Shown: positions 36,064 to 47,000, counted from the first letter of the stretch. The stretch is 64,000 bases of DNA from Bacillota bacterium (GCA_963666425.2 OY762825.2:2752001-2816000); one strand, 5' to 3'. Numbers and translations: made by a program. Notes: generated from the letters alone by a model not told the origin.

Positions 36064-38109
36064 GTGGCAAGGGAATTGAAAACAACAGACCCGATTTCTC
36101 TCCGGCAATTATCCGGCCTGGGCCCGCGCCGCTTGGCTGCCCTGCAGACGGTCGACTGCCATGATTTGCTGGATTTGCTGAATCGATTTCCGAAAACCTA
36201 TCGGCGGCAGGAAAAAATACCTGCATTTCCCCCTCAGCCGCTGCCGGAACAGGATATTTTGCTCGATGTGCAAGTTCTCGGTGTGGGCGTCATTTTGCGC
36301 AAAAAGCAATTGAATATGGTTCGTCTCCCCGTGATGGACGCGGCGGGAAACCATCTGATCGCCATCTGGTTCAACCAGCCCTACCGCAGGAATCAATTTG
36401 CTGCCGGTGAGCAGATCTGGCTCTTGGGCAAAGCGGAGCAAAAAGGCAATTTACGCAGCATCTTAGTCAAACAAACGGGTAAGGGTCCGGGCAGCGGTGG
36501 GCTGCAGGCGGTCTATGCGCTGCCGGAAGGCATTACGCAGAAACTCTACCGCAGTTGGCTGCAGCAAGCCCTGGCAGCTTTTACAGCTCTCTGGACGGAA
36601 CCTTGGCCACCGGAGTGGGATGAATTTTTACCCTGCAGCAGTAAGACTGCTTATCAGCAGGTGCATTTCCCGCAAAGCGAAGCGGAACTGCAGGCAGCGC
36701 AGCAGCGTTTATTGTTTGATGAAATGCTGATGCTGCAGTTGCTGCAGGTTGAGCCCAAAACCGAGTGCGGTTATGGCCAACCGACTCCGGACAAACGCAT
36801 GGCGGCTTGGTGGCAGAGCTTGCCATACCAGCTGACTCAGGCGCAGCAGCGTGTTATCGCAGAGATCCAACAGGATATGCAGCGCCCGGCTCCGATGCGC
36901 CGTTTTGTGCAGGGTGATGTTGGCAGCGGTAAGACGGTCGTCGCCGCCGCTGCTCTGCTGCAGGCAGTCGCGAACGGTCATCAGGCGGTCCTGATGGCTC
37001 CCACCGAATTGTTGGCCAGGCAGCATGCCAGAACCTTGCGGCAGCTTTTGCCGCCGGAAATCGATTTATTCCTGTTGACCGGTAAAAGCAGCACGGGCGA
37101 TCGTCGTCTGGCGATGGCAGCGGCTGCGGCAGGGCAGGCAGGCGTTTGGGTTGGCACCCACGCTCTCTTTGCCGAAACACTAAACTTTCAGGATTTGAGT
37201 TTGGTCGTGATTGACGAACAGCATCGCTTTGGGGTGCTGCAGCGCCAGCAGCTGCTGGCGCATCGCCTGCCGGTGCCCGATTGTTTATCCTTATCCGCTA
37301 CACCAATCCCGCGCAGCCTGGCCATGCTGCTCTATGGCGATTCTTCCTTAAGTATTTTGGATGAGCAGCCGCCGGGGCGCGTGCCGATCAAAACAGTCTG
37401 GCTGAAAGAGCAGGCCAGAGTGGAAAAACTGGTCGATTTTTGTTTAACGGAAATGCAGCAGGGGCGTTCGGTCTATTGGGTTTGTCCGAGCATTGAGACA
37501 GACGATGAATCGGAAGCGGCGATGCCTTCTATTGAGGAGCGAGCTAAGCTGCTGAACCAGCGCTGGCCTGCAGAATATTGGGCTGTTTTACATGGCAGTA
37601 TGAAACCGGCTGAACGTTTCGAGGTGATGAATCGCTTTGCCGACGGAAGCTTAAAAGGGCTCTTGGCGACGACGGTGATTGAAGTTGGTGTCGATCAGCC
37701 GACTGCTTCGGTGATGGTAGTGGAAGGGGCCGATCGTTTTGGTTTGGCCCAACTGCATCAGCTGCGTGGCCGGGTCGGGCGCGGCCAGGATCAGGCTTAC
37801 TGTGCTTTATTGAGCGCACCTAAGTTGTCCAGCTTTGCCGAAAAACGTTTGCAAGCGCTTTGTGACAGCCAGGATGGCTTCTATTTGGCTCAAATGGATC
37901 TCGAACTGCGCGGACCCGGTGAAATTCTGGGCACCGATCAAAGCGGTTTCACTGATTATTTGATCTTTCGCTGGCAGATCGACGAGGCCATTCTGCAGCT
38001 GGTCAAAGACTGCGCCGCGAAAATCAGCGGCCAGGCAGGGTTGCTGCGTCAGGAGCAGTGGCAATGGATTCGTCAATGCGTGACGAAGCGCAATTTACCG
38101 TCTTCGTAA
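36064..38109 (+). CDS. recG: ATP-dependent DNA helicase RecG
   Basis: QGDVGSGKT, MAPTELLA, IDEQHRFGV, SATPIPR, QLRGRVGRG, DLELRGPG; AGGAG RBS before the GTG at 36064. Confidence 0.96.
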   Translation: MARELKTTDPISLRQLSGLGPRRLAALQTVDCHDLLDLLNRFPKTYRRQEKIPAFPPQPLPEQDILLDVQVLGVGVILRKKQLNMVRLPVMDAAGNHLIAIWFNQPYRRNQFAAGEQIWLLGKAEQKGNLRSILVKQTGKGPGSGGLQAVYALPEGITQKLYRSWLQQALAAFTALWTEPWPPEWDEFLPCSSKTAYQQVHFPQSEAELQAAQQRLLFDEMLMLQLLQVEPKTECGYGQPTPDKRMAAWWQSLPYQLTQAQQRVIAEIQQDMQRPAPMRRFVQGDVGSGKTVVAAAALLQAVANGHQAVLMAPTELLARQHARTLRQLLPPEIDLFLLTGKSSTGDRRLAMAAAAAGQAGVWVGTHALFAETLNFQDLSLVVIDEQHRFGVLQRQQLLAHRLPVPDCLSLSATPIPRSLAMLLYGDSSLSILDEQPPGRVPIKTVWLKEQARVEKLVDFCLTEMQQGRSVYWVCPSIETDDESEAAMPSIEERAKLLNQRWPAEYWAVLHGSMKPAERFEVMNRFADGSLKGLLATTVIEVGVDQPTASVMVVEGADRFGLAQLHQLRGRVGRGQDQAYCALLSAPKLSSFAEKRLQALCDSQDGFYLAQMDLELRGPGEILGTDQSGFTDYLIFRWQIDEAILQLVKDCAAKISGQAGLLRQEQWQWIRQCVTKRNLPSS

Positions 38110-38145
38110 AAACCATCGTAAAAGAAAATCAGTGAGGTGAAGGTT

Positions 38146-38721
38146 ATGCGGATTATTGCAGGTACTGCCAGAGGCAGACGTTTAAAAACTCCCAACGATG
38201 AATTAACCCGGCCGACCTCGGACCGGCTGAAGGAATCTTTATTCAGCATCCTGACTCCCTATTTGGGTGAGGCTCAGGTGTTGGATGTCTTTTCCGGCAG
38301 CGGTGCCTTTGGTTTGGAATCGATCAGCCGGGGCGCGGCTTATGCGACCATGATTGAGCTGCGGCCGGAAGCAGCTAAAGTCATTCGTGATAACATCGCG
38401 GTCTGTGGCTTTGAAAAACAGACGCAGCTGATCGAGGGAGATGCGCTGACCTGGCTGAAAATGCTGCGTTTACCGGCGGCGATCGATCTCATTTTCATGG
38501 ATCCGCCTTATCAATTAGAAATGGCGGAAGAAGCAGTGAGAGTGATGGGCGATGCCAAGTGGCTGCAGCCCACGACGCTGCTGATCATCGAACACCATCA
38601 AAAAGATGCGCTGCCACAGCAGTTTCCTGTTTGGCAGCGCTATCGTCAGCTCCGGCAAGGGGAGAGTGTCATTTCGTTTTATCGCTATACAGAGGCAAGA
38701 GAAGCGGAGGAATTGCAGTGA
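38146..38721 (+). CDS. rsmD: 16S rRNA m2G966 methyltransferase
   Basis: MRIIAG...TRPTSDRLKESLF, LDVFSGSG, DPPY. Confidence 0.95.
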   Translation: MRIIAGTARGRRLKTPNDELTRPTSDRLKESLFSILTPYLGEAQVLDVFSGSGAFGLESISRGAAYATMIELRPEAAKVIRDNIAVCGFEKQTQLIEGDALTWLKMLRLPAAIDLIFMDPPYQLEMAEEAVRVMGDAKWLQPTTLLIIEHHQKDALPQQFPVWQRYRQLRQGESVISFYRYTEAREAEELQ

Positions 38722-39722
38722 AATGGCTGCGGGAAAATAAAGCTTATCTGATCATTTTAGCGGTTTTACTGACGCTGGAGATCGCTTTCTTCTACTATCC
38801 CCTGGATTACATTGTCTATTATGATGGTTTGGCTACCGATTTGGCGCCGTATATCACAGTCTCTGCCGGTGATCCCGATGATACCGGTAGCTTTTATATG
38901 CTGAGTGTCTATACTACGCAGGCCAACGGCGCAATTTGGCTGCGGGCTCAGTTTGATCATAATTTGGATTTAAAAGCCAAAGACACCGTGATTCCCGCGG
39001 GCATGACAACAGAAGAATACGATGATCAAATGCTGAAGAACATGTCGGAAAGCCAAAAAAAGGCGGTCCTGGTCGCTTTGCCAAAAGCAGGCAGAACCGT
39101 CAGCGTTCATGGCGGCGGAGTACAGATTGCCGATTTTACACCCACCTGCACCCTCAAGGATCTGCTGCAGATCGGTGATATCATTACCGGTTTCAATGGG
39201 AAAAGGATCATCCTGAATGAGGATCTGCAGCGCGCCTTATTGCAGGTGCAGGTCAATGACAGCGTGGAGCTGCAATTACTGCGGGATGGCAACAGCCTGA
39301 CTATGCCGGTCACGGTAGGGCAGGATGCCAGCGGGGCGGCAAAACTGGGCATTTACCTCAGCCAAGTCGCCTGGGATTTGAGCTATGACGGTGAAATCAG
39401 CTTTTCCGACCAGAACATCGGCGGCGGTTCGGCCGGCATGATGATGACACTGGAAATCATCAATCGCTGTCTGCCGGAAGATCTGACACGAGGGCATCAA
39501 ATCGCCGGTACAGGCACGATCCGCCTGGACGGCAGCATCGGCCCTATCGAAGGTGTCAAGCAAAAACTGCATGCCGCCGAAAAAGCGGGTGCCGAGTATT
39601 TTCTGGTACCGCAGGAAAACTACGAGGCGGCACGCGGCTTTGCCACCAAGATTACCGTGATCCAAGTGCAAACACTGGACGATGCGCTGCAATTCCTGGC
39701 CGGTCTGAGCCCGGCTCCCTAA
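38718..39722 (+). CDS. ylbL: PDZ / Lon-like serine protease (YlbL/SepM family)
   Basis: N-terminal TM; PDZ region; IGGGSAGMM serine motif, IAGTGTI, GVKQK lysine; GTG start overlaps the rsmD stop. Confidence 0.88.
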   Translation: MKWLRENKAYLIILAVLLTLEIAFFYYPLDYIVYYDGLATDLAPYITVSAGDPDDTGSFYMLSVYTTQANGAIWLRAQFDHNLDLKAKDTVIPAGMTTEEYDDQMLKNMSESQKKAVLVALPKAGRTVSVHGGGVQIADFTPTCTLKDLLQIGDIITGFNGKRIILNEDLQRALLQVQVNDSVELQLLRDGNSLTMPVTVGQDASGAAKLGIYLSQVAWDLSYDGEISFSDQNIGGGSAGMMMTLEIINRCLPEDLTRGHQIAGTGTIRLDGSIGPIEGVKQKLHAAEKAGAEYFLVPQENYEAARGFATKITVIQVQTLDDALQFLAGLSPAP

Positions 39723-39735
39723 AAATGCTGCTTTA

Positions 39736-40959
39736 TTAAACAGCTACCGGCTGCTGACGCTCCCAATGCAGTTGGCTGCGCGCCTGTTCATCGGCAAGAC
39801 CGAGCCGCCAGAGATCCGCTGCCAGCAAATCATAAGCGAGCATGGCGGCGGCTGGTGCTGATAATTCACGCATTTGCTTCTGCGGCTGCGTGATCAGCGG
39901 AATGCTTGAGTGGCTGCGCCATTGACTCAAGAGAGTCTGGCCGCTGCGGTTGTAGCCCAAGACAGCGGCATACTGCGCAGGACCCTGGTAGAGCGGCTCG
40001 GCTGTTTTATCAATCTGCAGTAGAAGATGACAAAGACTGCGCTGCAAACGGCTGTAGGGATAACGTTTGGTTTTCACCTGCAGCAAGAAATCTGCTAGGC
40101 TGTCGGCATTGCGGTTGGCGTAGAAACGATTCTCCAGGCCTTCGCTGAGTTCCGGCAGCTGAGCGAGTTTTGCCGGAGAAGCGGTGCGCAGCAGCAGCAA
40201 GATGGCCTGTTCAAAAGCCTGCAGCGCATAGATGACCCGCCCGGCAGTCAGTTCCTGCTCCAGGACTGCATAACTGTCAGAGGGAAGATACTCCTTTAAA
40301 CAATCAAAACCACCTTCCGCCATTGTTTTGCGGATGGCAGTGGCGCTGGCCATCGGCTGCAGGCTGCTGTCCAAAAAACCTGCGCCTTGCCGTTGAATTG
40401 GCAAAGGAAGCAATGTGCTGTGCTGTTCTTCGATCGCCTGCAGATAACTGAGCGCCAGGGTATTATTGGGCTGCTGCATTAAAGGCGCTAAGCCGGCATA
40501 TTGTGGCAGGGAGGCGATGGCCAGCATCTGGGTCTTGGCATGGTTATTGCCGAGAGACTGCAGCTGTTTTGCGGCTGCGGCAGTGGCGTCTGCGCGGAGC
40601 GCTGCGCTTAAGTGCAGCAAATCAGCCGGATTTGCCGCTTCACAGCCAAAACTCAAGTGCGTGATGCCGGGTAATTGACTGAGCAGTGAGACACCGCCGC
40701 CGGCAAAGCGATCGGCATTGGCACTGGAATAGACGACCGGCAGCTGCAAAACCAGGTCGGCCCCCTGCTGCAGAGCCGCTTTGGCGCGCTGCCAGGGCTG
40801 AATCAGGGCGGGGATGCCGCGCTGGGTAAAAAAGCCGCTCATCACAACAATTACTGCTTCCGCTTCTGCGGCAGCCCTGGCTTGCTGCAAATGATAAGCG
40901 TGTCCCGCATGAAACGGGTTATATTCCGCGATAATACCCACGATTGCCAAATTAGGCAC
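39736..40959 (-). CDS. tmcAL: tRNA(Met) cytidine acetate ligase
   Basis: GIIAEYNPFHAGH, MSGFFTQRG, PNNTLALSY, SATAIR, KTKRY; usual ylbL-ylbM-yceD synteny. Confidence 0.92.
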   Translation of the reverse strand: MPNLAIVGIIAEYNPFHAGHAYHLQQARAAAEAEAVIVVMSGFFTQRGIPALIQPWQRAKAALQQGADLVLQLPVVYSSANADRFAGGGVSLLSQLPGITHLSFGCEAANPADLLHLSAALRADATAAAAKQLQSLGNNHAKTQMLAIASLPQYAGLAPLMQQPNNTLALSYLQAIEEQHSTLLPLPIQRQGAGFLDSSLQPMASATAIRKTMAEGGFDCLKEYLPSDSYAVLEQELTAGRVIYALQAFEQAILLLLRTASPAKLAQLPELSEGLENRFYANRNADSLADFLLQVKTKRYPYSRLQRSLCHLLLQIDKTAEPLYQGPAQYAAVLGYNRSGQTLLSQWRSHSSIPLITQPQKQMRELSAPAAAMLAYDLLAADLWRLGLADEQARSQLHWERQQPVAV

Positions 40960-41039
40960 CTCCTCAGTTTTATTTTCATTGTATCAAAGCTTTCCGATCA
41001 GATCAAGCAATATTCTGCAAAGATTTGCCTCGGTGCATC

Positions 41040-41068
41040 TTGACAAAATCGTCAGAAAAGGATACAAT
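41040..41068 (+). promoter_or_regulatory. Sigma-A promoter of yceD-rpmF
   Basis: TTGACA-N17-TACAAT. Confidence 0.8.
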
Positions 41069-41096
41069 ACTTTGCAGACTATTTTGAGGTGATTCC

Positions 41097-41645
41097 ATGA
41101 TCATATCCGTTTCTGAGTTAAAAAGATTGGTCGGAGACCAAAAATCTGCACACTGGCAGGAAGAGATTGCGCATTTTGATCTGAGTGATCTGGATATGCA
41201 TTTATTGCAGCCGGTGGATGCTTCGATACTCGTGACCAATGCGGGAGATCGTTTTTTGATCACCGGTCAGGCTGTCGCGCAGTTGCAGCTGACTTGCTGC
41301 CGCTGTCTCGTGGAGTTTCAGCAGGTACTGACATTTGATCTGGCGGAACAATATTTATTTGTTCCGATGGCGGATGTGGAAGAAGATGACTCTGAAGAGG
41401 ACGAAAACTCGAAAGAAGATCGCTTTTTACCGGTGCTGGCAGCAGATCAAATTGATGTCAGCCGTTTATTGATTGAAACATTCTTCAGTCAGCTTCCCAT
41501 GAAGCCATTGTGCAAGGAAGAATGCCTGGGCTTATGTGATCAATGCGGTGCCAATCTCAATGAAGGTCCCTGTGATTGTCATCAGAATACCACAGATCCT
41601 CGTCTGGCTGTTCTAAGTCAATGGCTAAAGAAGAATGTAAAGTGA
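41097..41645 (+). CDS. yceD: YceD/DUF177 family 23S rRNA accumulation protein
   Basis: CCRCL, PMKPLCKEECLGLCDQCGANLN, DPRLAVL; directly upstream of rpmF. Confidence 0.92.
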   Translation: MIISVSELKRLVGDQKSAHWQEEIAHFDLSDLDMHLLQPVDASILVTNAGDRFLITGQAVAQLQLTCCRCLVEFQQVLTFDLAEQYLFVPMADVEEDDSEEDENSKEDRFLPVLAADQIDVSRLLIETFFSQLPMKPLCKEECLGLCDQCGANLNEGPCDCHQNTTDPRLAVLSQWLKKNVK

Positions 41646-41704
41646 TTCAAAACCTGCCTGTCAATCAGGCGGTGATGATAACACCGAAGAAGGAGGTGTG
41701 AAGA

Positions 41705-41890
41705 ATGGGTGCTGTTCCAAAAAGCAAAACATCCAAGGCCCGTCGTGACAGTCGTCGTGCCAACAGTTTCCGTCTAGGCGTTCCCGGATTAGCAGAATGC
41801 CCCCAATGCCACAAACCAAAACTATCCCATCGTGTATGTCCCAGTTGCGGATATTACAACGGTAAGGAAGTTGTTGCCGTGCAGGAATAA
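41705..41890 (+). CDS. rpmF: 50S ribosomal protein L32
   Basis: [16 protein letters not shown]...CPQC...[10 protein letters not shown]. Confidence 0.97.
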   Translation: MGAVPKSKTSKARRDSRRANSFRLGVPGLAECPQCHKPKLSHRVCPSCGYYNGKEVVAVQE

Positions 41891-41922
41891 GTGAATAGGT
41901 CATTCGTGAATCACGCATGAGG

Positions 41923-41970
41923 GAAGCCTTTGAATACGTAAGCAGTACGTTTCCGGAGGCTTCTTTTCTT
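41923..41970 (+). terminator. Terminator after rpmF
   Basis: GAAGCC...GGCTTC stem followed by TTTTCTT. Confidence 0.65.
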
Positions 41971-42018
41971 GCTTTTTAGCAGATATTTTAGTATACTATA
42001 ATTTAAGGATGTGAGCAA

Positions 42019-43023
42019 ATGAAACGAATTTCACTGGATTGTATGGGCGGGGATCATGCCCCGAAAGCGATTGTGCAGGGTGCTGTGTTAGCAGCGGCTG
42101 AATTCGGTTTGGATTTGCTGCTGGTCGGAGATGAACATGCGATCGGCAAAGAGCTTTCCGTACTGCATACAAAGGGCTTGAAAATTGAAATTGTACCAAC
42201 CACGCAGGTGATTGGTTTTGAAGACGCGCCGGCATTGGCGGTGCGTCGGATGAAGGATTCTTCCATGGTGGTAGCGCACCGCTTGGTGAAAGAGGGTAAA
42301 GCGGAAGCCGTTTTTTCCGCCGGCAATACCGGCGCCATCATGGCCTGCGGCTTGTTTATTTTAGGCCGCATGGAAGGCGTGGAACGGCCTGCTTTGGCTC
42401 CGATGCTGCCGACCGTGGATCACAAGGCTGTTTTGTTGTTGGACTCCGGCGCCAATGCCGAAGCAAAGGCGGAGCATCTGCTGCAATTCGGTTTACTGGG
42501 CAGTAAATATATGCAGCTTGCCCGTCAAGTGGAAAACCCCAGAGTCGGGCTGATCAACATCGGTACGGAAGAGGAAAAAGGCAGTCCGCTCTATCAGGAA
42601 GCATATCAGCTGCTGAAAAAAGCTAAGATCAATTTTATCGGCAATCTGGAAGCCAGAGAACTTTTTTCCGGAGCAGTTGATGTGGCCGTCTGCGACGGCT
42701 TTACCGGCAACGTGATTTTGAAGCTGACAGAAGGATTAGCCGGGACATTTTCCGAAATGATAAAACAGGAACTCTATGCGGATCTGCGTGGCAAGTTGGG
42801 TGGTATGCTGATTAAACCAGCGATGCACCGTTTTAAAAATCGTCTGGATTACAGCGAATACGGAGCCGCTCCCCTGCTTGGGGTGAATGGAATCTGCCTG
42901 AAGGGTCACGGTTCTTCCGAGACAAGAGCGATTTACTCCGCACTGCGCGCCGCCAGCGAATTTATTGAGAGCAATATCATTGAAGAGTTCCGCCAGATCA
43001 TGGCTCAGAACGAGTCAGAATAA
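42019..43023 (+). CDS. plsX: Phosphate acyltransferase
   Basis: DCMGGDHAP, SAGNTGA, ERPAL, NIGTEEEKG, DGFTGNV, KGHGSS. Confidence 0.97.
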   Translation: MKRISLDCMGGDHAPKAIVQGAVLAAAEFGLDLLLVGDEHAIGKELSVLHTKGLKIEIVPTTQVIGFEDAPALAVRRMKDSSMVVAHRLVKEGKAEAVFSAGNTGAIMACGLFILGRMEGVERPALAPMLPTVDHKAVLLLDSGANAEAKAEHLLQFGLLGSKYMQLARQVENPRVGLINIGTEEEKGSPLYQEAYQLLKKAKINFIGNLEARELFSGAVDVAVCDGFTGNVILKLTEGLAGTFSEMIKQELYADLRGKLGGMLIKPAMHRFKNRLDYSEYGAAPLLGVNGICLKGHGSSETRAIYSALRAASEFIESNIIEEFRQIMAQNESE

Positions 43024-43047
43024 TTACAGAAAAGTGAGGCAGCTAAT

Positions 43048-43278
43048 ATGGATGTATTTGAAAAATTAAAAGCGATCATTGTGGAAAAATTGAAAGTTGC
43101 ACCGGAGAAAGTGACGCTTGCCTCCGACTTCAAAGTGGATTTTCAGGCTGATTCCATCGATTTGTTCGAGTTGGTGATGACCATGGAGGATTCCTTCGGA
43201 GTCGAACTGGATGACGATGCCGTCGTGCAGATCAAGACAGTCGGAGATGCCGTTTCCTTCTTAAAAGCAAAAATGTAA
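43048..43278 (+). CDS. acpP: Acyl carrier protein
   Basis: Acidic 76-aa protein with the ADSIDLFEL phosphopantetheine site; plsX-acpP-rnc synteny. Confidence 0.95.
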   Translation: MDVFEKLKAIIVEKLKVAPEKVTLASDFKVDFQADSIDLFELVMTMEDSFGVELDDDAVVQIKTVGDAVSFLKAKM

Positions 43279-43288
43279 AACAAACGCG

Positions 43289-43322
43289 AAGAGGTTGTCT
43301 GATAACCGGGCAGCCTCTTTTT
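43289..43322 (+). terminator. Terminator-like hairpin after acpP
   Basis: AAGAGGTTGTC...GGCAGCCTCTT followed by a T run. Confidence 0.7.
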
Positions 43323-43341
43323 GACGAAGGAGCAACAAGGT

Positions 43342-44070
43342 ATGGAAGAGACCGCATTACAGCAGGTGTTAGGCTTGCCGGTCAAGGCAGCACCGCTGCT
43401 GACCAGAGCCTTATGGCATAATTCAGCGATCTATGAGGCTGGGTTGACACCGCTGCAAGGCAATGAACGATTGGAGTTTTTGGGCGATGCCGTGGTGGAG
43501 TTGGTGGTTTCCCGCTGGCTCTATGAAACCTATCCGGAAAGCGCCGAGGGAGAAATGACCGCGCTGCGGGCGGCTTTGGTCTGCGAGGAAAGCCTGTCGG
43601 CTTGTGCCCGCCGTCTCGGTCTCGGTCAATGGATCAAACTGGGACGCGGGGAACGCGAAGACGGCGGAGCGGAAAAGCCGGCGATTCTGGGTGATTTAAT
43701 GGAAGCAGTGCTGGGCGCTGTCCTATTGGAATATGGTTTCGAGCAGGCAGACGGTATCATTCGCCGCGAATTGCTGCAAAATATCAATCCGTTCTGTTAT
43801 CGCGACAGCCTGACCCATTCCTGGAAAAATCGCCTGCAGGAATTGACCCAAGGCAAAGGCATTTTATTGAAAATCATCTATACGACCGAAAAAACCGGGC
43901 CGGATCATGCTCCTCTCTTTTTATCCCATGTCTTCTTGGGAGAGGAATTATGCGGGGAAGGCGAAGGAAAAAGCAAAAAAGAATCGGAGCAGGCGGCGGC
44001 GCGTATTGCGCTGGCACGGCTGCAGCGTCAGTTGAATCAAGACGAAAACGCAGGCAGGGGAGTGGATTAG
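43342..44070 (+). CDS. rnc: Ribonuclease III
   Basis: NERLEFLGDAV signature, DLMEAVLGA, dsRBD with GPDH and SKKESEQAAA. Confidence 0.96.
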   Translation: MEETALQQVLGLPVKAAPLLTRALWHNSAIYEAGLTPLQGNERLEFLGDAVVELVVSRWLYETYPESAEGEMTALRAALVCEESLSACARRLGLGQWIKLGRGEREDGGAEKPAILGDLMEAVLGAVLLEYGFEQADGIIRRELLQNINPFCYRDSLTHSWKNRLQELTQGKGILLKIIYTTEKTGPDHAPLFLSHVFLGEELCGEGEGKSKKESEQAAARIALARLQRQLNQDENAGRGVD

Positions 44071-44071
44071 C

Positions 44072-47000
44072 TTGTACCTGAAAGCAATTGAATTGGTGGG
44101 GTTTAAATCTTTTGCAGAGCGTGTTCGTCTCGATTTTGCCGACGGTTTGACAACCATCGTCGGTGCCAATGGCAGCGGTAAAAGCAATATCATCGATGCG
44201 GTCTTGTGGGTGATGGGTGAGCAGAATTCCCGTAATTTACGCGGGGCGAAGATGGAAGAAATCATTTTTTCCGGCAGTGAAAAGCGCAAAGCAGTCGGCA
44301 TGGCGGAGGTCACCCTGGTGATCGATAATCAAACCCGTCTGCTGCCCATTGACTATGAAGAAGTGGCAGTCAAGCGGCGATTGTTTCGCGATGGTACCAG
44401 TGAATACTATATCAACAGCCAACATTGCCGCCTGAGAGACGTGGTGGAGTTATTCATGGATACCGGCGTCGGCAAAGATTCTTTTTCCATCATCAGCCAG
44501 GGTCAGGTGGATGAGATCATCACCGATAAACCGGCCGAACGGCGCGTGATCATCGAAGAAGTAGCCGGGATTTCCAAATTCAAATACCGCAAAAAAGAAG
44601 CAGTACAGAAAATGGAGCGTCTGCAGGAACGGCTGCAGCGGGTGGATGATATCATCGCCGAATTGGATACACAGCTGGCACCCTTACGGCTGCAGGCAGT
44701 CAAAGCGGAGCAATATCTGCAGATCAAAAAGAAGCTGAATAAAGCGGAGCTGGCTTTTTATGCCGCTGAATTTGAAAAAAACGAAACGGAGCTCACAGCC
44801 GCCGAGCAGTTGTATCAGAAAACTCAGGATCATTATACAACTGCGCAGGCAAAACTGGCAGTGGAATTGGCAATTCTGGAAAAGCTAAAATTAGAGCAGA
44901 TTCAGGCAGATTCTGCGATCGACGAGCAAAACAGAAAGAGCAATGCGCTGGGTTTGAGCGCAGAACGGCTGCGCGGTGAGGAAAAAACACTCAACGAACG
45001 GCTGCAGAATTTGCAGCAGGCACGACAGCAGTTAAAAGAAACCGAGGAAAGCAATCGACTGCGCCGGGCGGAATTCGGTAAACTGAGCGAGCAAATGGAG
45101 ACTGAGATTGCCGCTTGCCGGTCAGAACAGCAGCGCTTGGAGCAGAGTTTGAGCGCTGCCAGTGAGCAATTACTGCAATTGGCGCAGCAGCAGCAGCAGC
45201 GACGGCAGCAGCGGGAGAACATCGGACGACAGATCAACCAGGCGGAGCAGAGTATCTTACGCCTGCAGCTGCAAGCAGAAAGCCTGCGTTTGGAGACGGA
45301 ATCACTGCAGCAGCGTCTGCAGGGTTGGGACAGCGAGCAAAAGCAGCTGGCCGGTAATCAACTGGCAGCCGAAGCAGCCTATCAGCAATGGCAGACCCAA
45401 ACCGATACGCTGCAGCAGCAATTGCAGCAAAGCCAAACGCTCAGCAGCCGCTTGCAGACCGAAGCGGCGGCGGCTGCGGCTGCTTATCAGCAAAGCGAAC
45501 AACAGCTGAAACTGCAGCAGGAGCAAATTCGGCTGAAAGGCGCTCGTTTTCACACTCTGACAGATCTGGCGGATCAGATGGACGGTTATCAGCGCGGCGT
45601 CAAAGCGGTGCTTTCGGCGAAGAAAAACCACGCAGCATCCATGCACGGCGTCGTGGACTCTGTCGCCAATTTATTCAGCGTGGATAAAAAATACGAAACC
45701 GCCCTGGAAGTTGCTTTGGGCGGTGCTTTACAGAATCTTGTGGTGAAAAACCCGCAGGCGGCAGAAAACGCCATCGATTGGCTGAAACAGCAAAAAAACG
45801 GCAGAGCAACCTTTTTACCGCTGACGGTGGTGCAGGGACAGCGGGACGCCAGTCTGTGGCAGCGCATCTCCGGCAAACCCGGTGTGCTGGCGCTGGCCAC
45901 GGATTTGGTGCAATGTGAACCGTCCTATCGAAAAATCGCCGATCATTTGCTGGGCAATGTGATCGTGACAGACAGTCTGGCAGCCGCCAACCGGTTAGCG
46001 GCAGAATTAGCCTACCGCCATCGGATTGTTACCCTGGAGGGAGAAATCCTCTATCCGGGCGGCGCCGTCACCGGCGGCAGCCTTTATCAGCGCGGTGTTG
46101 GTTTGCTGGGACGCGAACGCGAAATCAAACAATTAGAAGAAGAACTGGCTCAGGAAAAAACGGCTGCTCTGCAGCTGCAGACGGAGCTGACCCTGCTGCA
46201 TCAAACGATGCTGAAAAGCGCGGCAGAGGCAGAAAAACAGCAGCTGGAAACAGTACAGCTGCAGCAAACGGAAAGCCAGCAAAAAGAAAATAAAGCAGCG
46301 CTGCAATGGAAACTGGCCCAAATTGCGGAGAAGCGGCAGACCTTCAGCAAAGAAGAAGAGCAGGCACGGGCAAAAATCGACTGTTTAGCGCAGGAAAGAC
46401 AGCAAATTGCACAGCAAATGCATGTCGAGACGGCAGCAAAAGACGAATTGTCGGTCCGGTTTACTTTGGCGGATGCAGAGGAGGACGAGCAAAAACGTCT
46501 GCAGCAGGAAGAGGAGCGCAGTCAGCTCAAACTCCGTTTGGCGGTCAGCCAACAGCGCCTGAACGAACTGCAAAGGCAGCAAAACGAACAGCAGCAGCAA
46601 ACGGCAGAGCTGCAAGCAGAACAGGAAGAACTTGCTGTCCGCCTGACGGCGCTGACGGCGCGGGAAAGCGAAACTGCAGCTGAGATCAGCGCAATTCGCA
46701 GCGATTTGCAGGATACGCTGCGCCAACAGCAGACGGCCGAGCAGCATTTAACGGAGGTCAAGCGCAATCGCCTCAAGTTCAGCGAATCCTTTCAGGAACA
46801 GGATGCGCGCATCGAACAGGCGCGTCGGACCGAAGACGCAGCCCGGGAAGCTTCCTATCACAGCAATTTACGTCTCTCCCGCAGCCAAAATGACCGCGCT
46901 TACTTAGCAGAAAAACTGATGGCGGAGTATCAAATGCTGCCGACGCAATTAACGGAAATCGACCGCAGTGATTTGCCTGCCGCCGGAGAAGCCCTAACCA

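Noticed and set aside
38559-38717. Long N-terminal extensions in the ORF track (ylbL, aspS, ftsY, pcrA, murB, katA, capA, topB, recG)
   Set aside because: They overlap upstream genes, terminators or promoters, and better starts lie downstream where family homology begins.
45184-45200. (CAG)5 tract in smc as a phase-variation repeat
   Set aside because: It is a short in-frame triplet run in a Gln-rich coiled coil, so slippage would not shift the frame.
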